Assembly: GCA_965603825.1 (NCBI GenBank) | Contig: CBFDEM010000005.1 | Location: forward strand, 62,001 to 126,000 | DNA from: Blepharisma stoltei ATCC 30299 | Lineage: Eukaryota > Protista > Ciliophora | Direction: 5' to 3' | DNA length: 64,000 bases | Shown here: positions 58,473 to 64,000 of the stretch, piece by piece | How the letters are laid out: each line of letters starts with the position of its first letter | How positions within the stretch are numbered: the first letter of the stretch is position 1 | Notes under the pieces: model-generated | What the model saw: only the letters and a program-made list of their open reading frames with translations | Database searches by the model: none | What the model was told of the DNA's origin: nothing | Position numbers and translations under genes: made by a program

Positions 58473-58943
58473 TGAGATATTTATTAAATAAAAGATATAT
58501 TTTTAGATGATGTTGAATTTTTTATGAAGTTTTGGAGGGATGAGAAGAAATTTAAGCAATTTTGGGGAAATTTGAGAGCAGAGAGTGAGTAAGAGATTGG
58601 CGGGATTTTGAAAGAAATATGTAACGCAATAAATTTGCGACAATTATATATCATTTTTTATAGCAATAAATGATGCTTGTTTTATATAGAAATTTAGTTG
58701 AGATGAAAATTTTGAACTAATTTGAATTTTTATTTTATTTATATGGTTTTATACTATACTTGCCCAGAAGAAATGAATTTGGATATTCAATATTTAGCCC
58801 AACAAATCTGTTATTTCTATTCCCAAGAGATATGGATTTAATAATTATTCAATTATTTTTATAATTTTGAATAAATAGTAACCATAATAATTTGCCTGAA
58901 AATAAGGTCACTCAATATCTATATCTGATTAGAACGTTATAAA

Positions 58944-59594
58944 ATGGAAAGCACGTTTCTTAAGAGATTTCATGGCAGAATTATATCAATGTATACCCCA
59001 GATTTATTAGAATATTCAGTCCCAGTCGATAAAACACTGAAACCAAGCCAGCTTTATTCAAAAACTCCAATAATTAAAAATCCCAACTATAAAAACGCTT
59101 CACAACACCCCATAAAACCAAAATCCACAAAAAATCCACCAAATCTTGATATAGATATTTTACCAAAAATAAAAATCCGCAGCTTTTCTCCTTATCCTAC
59201 TTCAAATATAAGCGAAAACCCTTTCAAAAATAAAGCATTAAAGCCAAAATCTCCTGAGGTATTACAAGATCAAAAAAATAAATTTAGCAAAATTATTAAT
59301 CGCCCAAGCCTAGATTATAAAAAAAGGTATGAAAAATTAAATAAAACTTATGATATAAACCTTGATTTTTCACCATTAGAAAAATCAAAAATTCTTAAAA
59401 AAGAGTTTGAGCTGGCAACTTCTGAACCTCATCAAATACAATCGCCTTTATCAAAAAACCCTAGAAATAGATCTCCAACTTTTTCTGACTATAACAGCAA
59501 ATCAGAAAACGAAGGATCTCAGCCGTTCAAACTTGAAGCTTTAAATGGTTATAATAAAATAAAACCAAAGAAGCTAATAGGGCTTCCACTGTAA
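58944..59594 (+). CDS. Hypothetical K/P/S-rich protein (216 aa)
   Basis: Clean ATG-TAA ORF, low complexity. Confidence 0.65.
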   Translation: MESTFLKRFHGRIISMYTPDLLEYSVPVDKTLKPSQLYSKTPIIKNPNYKNASQHPIKPKSTKNPPNLDIDILPKIKIRSFSPYPTSNISENPFKNKALKPKSPEVLQDQKNKFSKIINRPSLDYKKRYEKLNKTYDINLDFSPLEKSKILKKEFELATSEPHQIQSPLSKNPRNRSPTFSDYNSKSENEGSQPFKLEALNGYNKIKPKKLIGLPL

Positions 59595-59646
59595 AAAACG
59601 GAAAATCATAAAAAATTAATAAAATTAAAATGCCTTAAATTTTCTT

Positions 59647-60696
59647 TTAATGCTTTATCAACGTCATCTTTAATTTGGATTGATTTTTTTGGCTCATTAA
59701 GGCTATCTTTTTCTGGGTATTTTCCTTGTTGCTTTTTGTGCCAGAATTTTTAAGAGAGGGAGAAAGTTTGGTCTGAACGGAACATTTTTGGTTTTGAATT
59801 ATTTTATTTCTGTCCTGCAGCTCTTGATTTTCGTTTTTAAGGACTTTTATTTGGTCCCGTAAATCAAATAAATCTGCGTCTTTTTTCTCCAAAATTTTCA
59901 GCAGAGAATTTTCAGACATTTTTGACTTCAAAATATTTTTTTGCAGATTTTCTTCAGCTGCATTTGTTTTTTCTTTTTCTTGTTCTAATTTGGCCCGAAG
60001 TTCTTCATTTTCTTCTTTAAATTCATCAATTAATTTCTGGAAATTTTTGGATTTTGCTTTATAAATTTCTAATTCTATAGAAATTTGGTCAATAGCTTTT
60101 TTATACTCTTGGCCTGACCTGATTAGCTCTTCGTTAAAATTGAATCGATCCCTTTGAATGGTTTGTTCCAATTCAATAATTCGTAAAGAATAGTAAGCTT
60201 GCTTCTCTTCCCTTTCTTTTTCATCAATACTTCCATTCGAAAACTTAAGCTCTGGCATTGTTTCTTCACGAAAAGTCATAGAGCTATTGATTTCACTTCC
60301 TTGCTCTGAATTTTCTGTAATTTCTTGTACAGGTGATAACGGACGCTTGGATTTAATATAAATTAGCAGCTTTATAGGGCCGATTTCTTTGGGAAAAGAA
60401 TAAATTAAGTCGTTAGAACACTGGAATAGAGGAACCCACTGATATCCTTCCTTTGGAAGAATCTGTGTTTGCAGAGTGACACTGCTGATGATTTGTTCTT
60501 GATGAGATACAATTTTAGTTACAAACTGTAAATAACAAAGTGAAGGAATCCTTATAGGATTCATTTCATTTGCTTGAGAAAGAGGGTAAACTTTTCCAAT
60601 ACACTTTGAGTCTGTTATCAGAGAAACGCTGAGATCTGCAGGATCATACTCAATTCCTTCAATTCGAATTACTTGCAAGTCGATAAAGTCTAACAT
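59647..60696 (-). CDS. Hypothetical protein, C2-like N-terminus + coiled coil (349 aa)
   Basis: Beta-rich N-terminus with YQWVPLF, followed by E/K heptads. Confidence 0.7.
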   Translation of the reverse strand: MLDFIDLQVIRIEGIEYDPADLSVSLITDSKCIGKVYPLSQANEMNPIRIPSLCYLQFVTKIVSHQEQIISSVTLQTQILPKEGYQWVPLFQCSNDLIYSFPKEIGPIKLLIYIKSKRPLSPVQEITENSEQGSEINSSMTFREETMPELKFSNGSIDEKEREEKQAYYSLRIIELEQTIQRDRFNFNEELIRSGQEYKKAIDQISIELEIYKAKSKNFQKLIDEFKEENEELRAKLEQEKEKTNAAEENLQKNILKSKMSENSLLKILEKKDADLFDLRDQIKVLKNENQELQDRNKIIQNQKCSVQTKLSPSLKNSGTKSNKENTQKKIALMSQKNQSKLKMTLIKH

Positions 60697-60982
60697 TTTT
60701 TATCGTTTAAATGGATTCCATTTTGAATTAACAGACTATGAAATGATATAGCCAAATATTGTTTTCTGAAAAAATTATCAAAAAATAAATTTATTGAGAA
60801 AAGTCGATTAAATAGACGATTGTAATTTCTATCATAAGGAAATCTATAATTTTTTTAATTAATTGTTTAATTAAATTTCTATAACTAGAATAAACAAGAT
60901 TTTATACCTATTTGAAAATAATTCAGAATATTTCCATTAATCAGCCTGTTTTTAACAGCAATCTTAATATTTTAACAGAATT

Positions 60983-63900
60983 ATGAAAGACTCTCCACCT
61001 CATAGAGCATTATCAAACTGGTTTAAAAAGAATTATTCAAAGCAGGTTGCCAAATCAGCTCATTTTAACCCCATTTCTGGCAGTCTAACCTATTCTAACA
61101 GTGCTATTATATTTCCATCCCATTCAAGATCTCGAGCTCGATCATCAAGTCCAAGTTACGTTTTTCCTACAAAAGCTGACTCATCTATGCTTAACGATGA
61201 ATTTGTAGTTGGCTGCAGTGTATGTGGGACTCAAGCTGTAGAAGAAGCTTACTATACTTATAATAACTCACCTCCACCAGTGCGTCCTTCTCATTATTCA
61301 TATTGTCCTGACTTAAATGACCCTAATTCAGGAGCGTATACCAGAATAATAGAAATCGTCGAAAAAGAGTCTGAGTGTGTGCCAAAAAACGAAATTTCGT
61401 CTATAAAAAGAATAGAAACTGGAGAAAGCCCTGAGAAATTTGATAGAAATTATTCAAGCCCTTTTAGGTATAGAAAAGAAGGCAGCTCTATAAGTCCACA
61501 TGAAAGGAAAATTGTATATAAAGAAATCTCCCCACCGCCTAGAGTAGGTTTGACGCCTCTAAATTATGAAGATAAACAAATAGTAAAAGAATGCGGGTTA
61601 ACCAATAACGCTGCTAAATATTATGTACAAGAAGAAGAAAGGACAAGGGTCGTCACACGACGAGCAGAATATGCAAGCAGACCTGTAGGGATAAGCAGGA
61701 CAATTATAAGGACTGAAAAAGATGGGCAAGGGATCAATGAAAATTTAGAAGAAAACAAAGAACTCCTGACAACTGAAAAAACCAAATTTTCATCAAAGCA
61801 GCTCCTGCTTAGCAAGCTACAAAGAAGAAGCGATTTGTCACCTAGTAAAACTAATGAAATAGAAAGAGGCCGACAAAGACTGAAAAGACATGAAGAAATG
61901 GAAGAAGAGCCAAGAGACCCTCGGGTTATTCCCCAAAGATATGAAACAAAGCCTACTAGAATTCATCTTGATGTAAATGAAATTGAAAACTCAAGCAATT
62001 ATGTGCAAAATTATGACTGTGGAAATTCTCCAGATACTGTTTATCAATCCCCCTACAGAAGAATTGTGATGACTGAGACTGTCTATCATTTCCAGATTGA
62101 CCCTATAAATTATAGATATAAAGAAAAACCAAGGCATTCCTTTGGGAATTTATCAAGCGAAATGTCAGACATCTCAGAGACTGGGTCATATAAAGAGGCC
62201 AATACTCATTTTAAAGACCCAGCAGGCGGACTTAATAGCATTTCTGATATTGACAATTTAATAGCAAAAGCATTAGAAGACCTCCCAGGGTATAATGAAA
62301 AAAATATCCCTAAAAAAATAATTGAAATGGACGAATACCCGTCCCAGCACCGACAAATCAGTATGGAGTCATATATAAGTGAAGATAGTAAAGAAATCGA
62401 AAAAAATAAAAAAAATAATGAGAATTCGCCTTATAAAAAAAATAAGTCAGAAACTAACATAAGTGAAGGGAAAAGACCTGAAACATTTTTAAGTGGGGAT
62501 TTTACGTATAGTAACAGTTTATTGTCAAAATCGCAGCAATTTAGCAGTGATTTAGATAAAAGTTTGCCTATAAAAGATAGCTTAAGATCATTCTATGAAA
62601 ATGAAGAAATGTGTCGAGAAGGTTTTAGTGAAGAAATGGGCAGAGGAGCACTAAATGAAGAAATCAGCAATAAAGAAGATTTTAATAGAGAGTTGTTAAA
62701 CGAAGACTCTGAGGGATCATTGAGCCAGCCAAAAACCGCTTACTTTTATTTTCATCAAGATAGATGGCCTATATATCAAGCTGAAAAGAGTAGTCTTACA
62801 AGTGCAGAGAGAACAAAACTAATTGAGAAGGAATGAAATGAATTATCTGAAGCTGAAAAGGATCATTATATTGAAAAAGCTGTACTTGAGAGAGATCTAC
62901 TTTTAAACCAAGAAGAAGCAAGAAGTGATTCTTCTAATAAATTGCCCTCTAGTCAGTTATTAAATAAAGAAGATGAACAAAGCGACATGGATTCTCCATC
63001 ATTTGGCCCAAAAACTCCTGAGACAGATTTTATGTATTTTTCTCAGAATAAAGAAGCTGAAAATGAAAATCTTAAAAGCAATGAGGAATTTTCAGCTAGC
63101 AAGAAATGGGATTCATCTGAAGCTGAAAAAGCTGTAGAAATGGCTGAAGAAAATCAATTTAAGGATGAAAAAGAATTAGAAGTTCCTGAAGAAAATAGTT
63201 CATATAGATCTCAGCAGCTATATAACTCTGACGCAATAACAAAAGCTGAAGGAGAAAGCTTTTCAGCATTTTTACCTTCAAAACCAAAAACAGCTTGCTT
63301 TTATTATTATCAAGATCGTAAGTTATCACTAGAAGCTGAAAGACCTGATCTCAATAATGCAGAACACATAAAAATTGCAGAAAAGGAATGACTTGGACTG
63401 TCTGGAGAAGAAAAAGCTCCATATATTGAAAAAGCTATAAAGGATAATGAAAAATACGAAAAAGACAAAAATTTATATTTTAGCTCAGGAGAGCCTGAAA
63501 ATTTGTCAGACCTAAAATTGTTTAAATATTCATCATTGGGCATAAAAGAAGAAAACAAAGAAGATCTCAGCGAAGAAGCCAAAATTGTGACTGGATCTTC
63601 AGGGAAAGGAAGTATTTTTACTTTCAGAGAAGAAAATGAAGCCCAAGTTCCTGAAATTATAGGGAATTCTGAAGAAGACGCAGAAATAGTTTATGAAGAA
63701 ATTGTCGAGAGTATGCCGGAGCCTATACAAGATATGAAACCGATAAAGAAAGGCAAAAAAGCTAAGGTAAGAAGTGGCAAAAAAAGCAGCCAACTAAAAG
63801 AAGTTAATCAAGATGAGCCAAAGGAAAGTGACGAGATCAAAGTCATTGAAAAATTCGAAGATATTGAGTATGAGATTCCTGAAGAAAAAGATGCAGGGTA

Positions 63901-64000
63901 TCAGAGAGAAGAAAATAGTCCAAATAAATCAAATCCTATAGATCTGGGGCTTATAAATTTAGAAGAAAATACTATTTTAGAAGAAAATGAAGAGGGAAAG
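60983..64000 (+). CDS. Large HMG-box protein (two HMG boxes, >1000 aa, 3' end outside window)
   Basis: PKTAYFYF...IEKE-W(TGA)-NELSEAEKDHY and PKTACFYY...AEKE-W(TGA)-LGLSGEEKAPY; frame stays open to the window end. Confidence 0.88.

Noticed and set aside
1-64000. Mycoplasma/bacterial or mitochondrial origin suggested by UGA=Trp and low GC
   Set aside because: Genes are nuclear eukaryotic (Rab, importin alpha, eL18, ANP32, RCC1) and contain GT-AG introns.

Overview
AT-rich, gene-dense eukaryotic DNA, most likely the macronuclear genome of a heterotrich ciliate (Blepharisma-like). Two properties that the supplied ORF track does not model explain its fragmentation. (1) TGA is read as Trp: it aligns with TGG/Trp in paralogs inside the window and falls at invariant Trp positions of kinase, Rab, HMG-box, RCC1 and ankyrin domains. 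Every complete gene ends in TAA/TAG. (2) Genes carry tiny 15-16 nt GT..AG introns, 16 found here, all with an A six nt from the 3' end. Re-read this way, the window holds about 44 genes, including one that the ORF track misses entirely (20473-20934). Highlights: a tandem array of HExxH putative metallopeptidases whose spacers are decayed copies of the neighbouring dehydrogenase gene's 3' end; two tandem DHTKD1-like E1 paralogs, one with altered substrate-site residues; three ~60-aa MGC-acylated microproteins sharing a C-terminal motif; a 7TM-RGS protein; an XRCC4-like gene next to a SAP/zinc-finger/RRM protein; and several apparent pseudoenzymes (PTPS-like, HAD/FCP-like, ATP-grasp-like). I saw no rRNA, tRNA, CRISPR, telomeric repeat or transposase. 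All family calls come from motif recognition by eye, not database searches.
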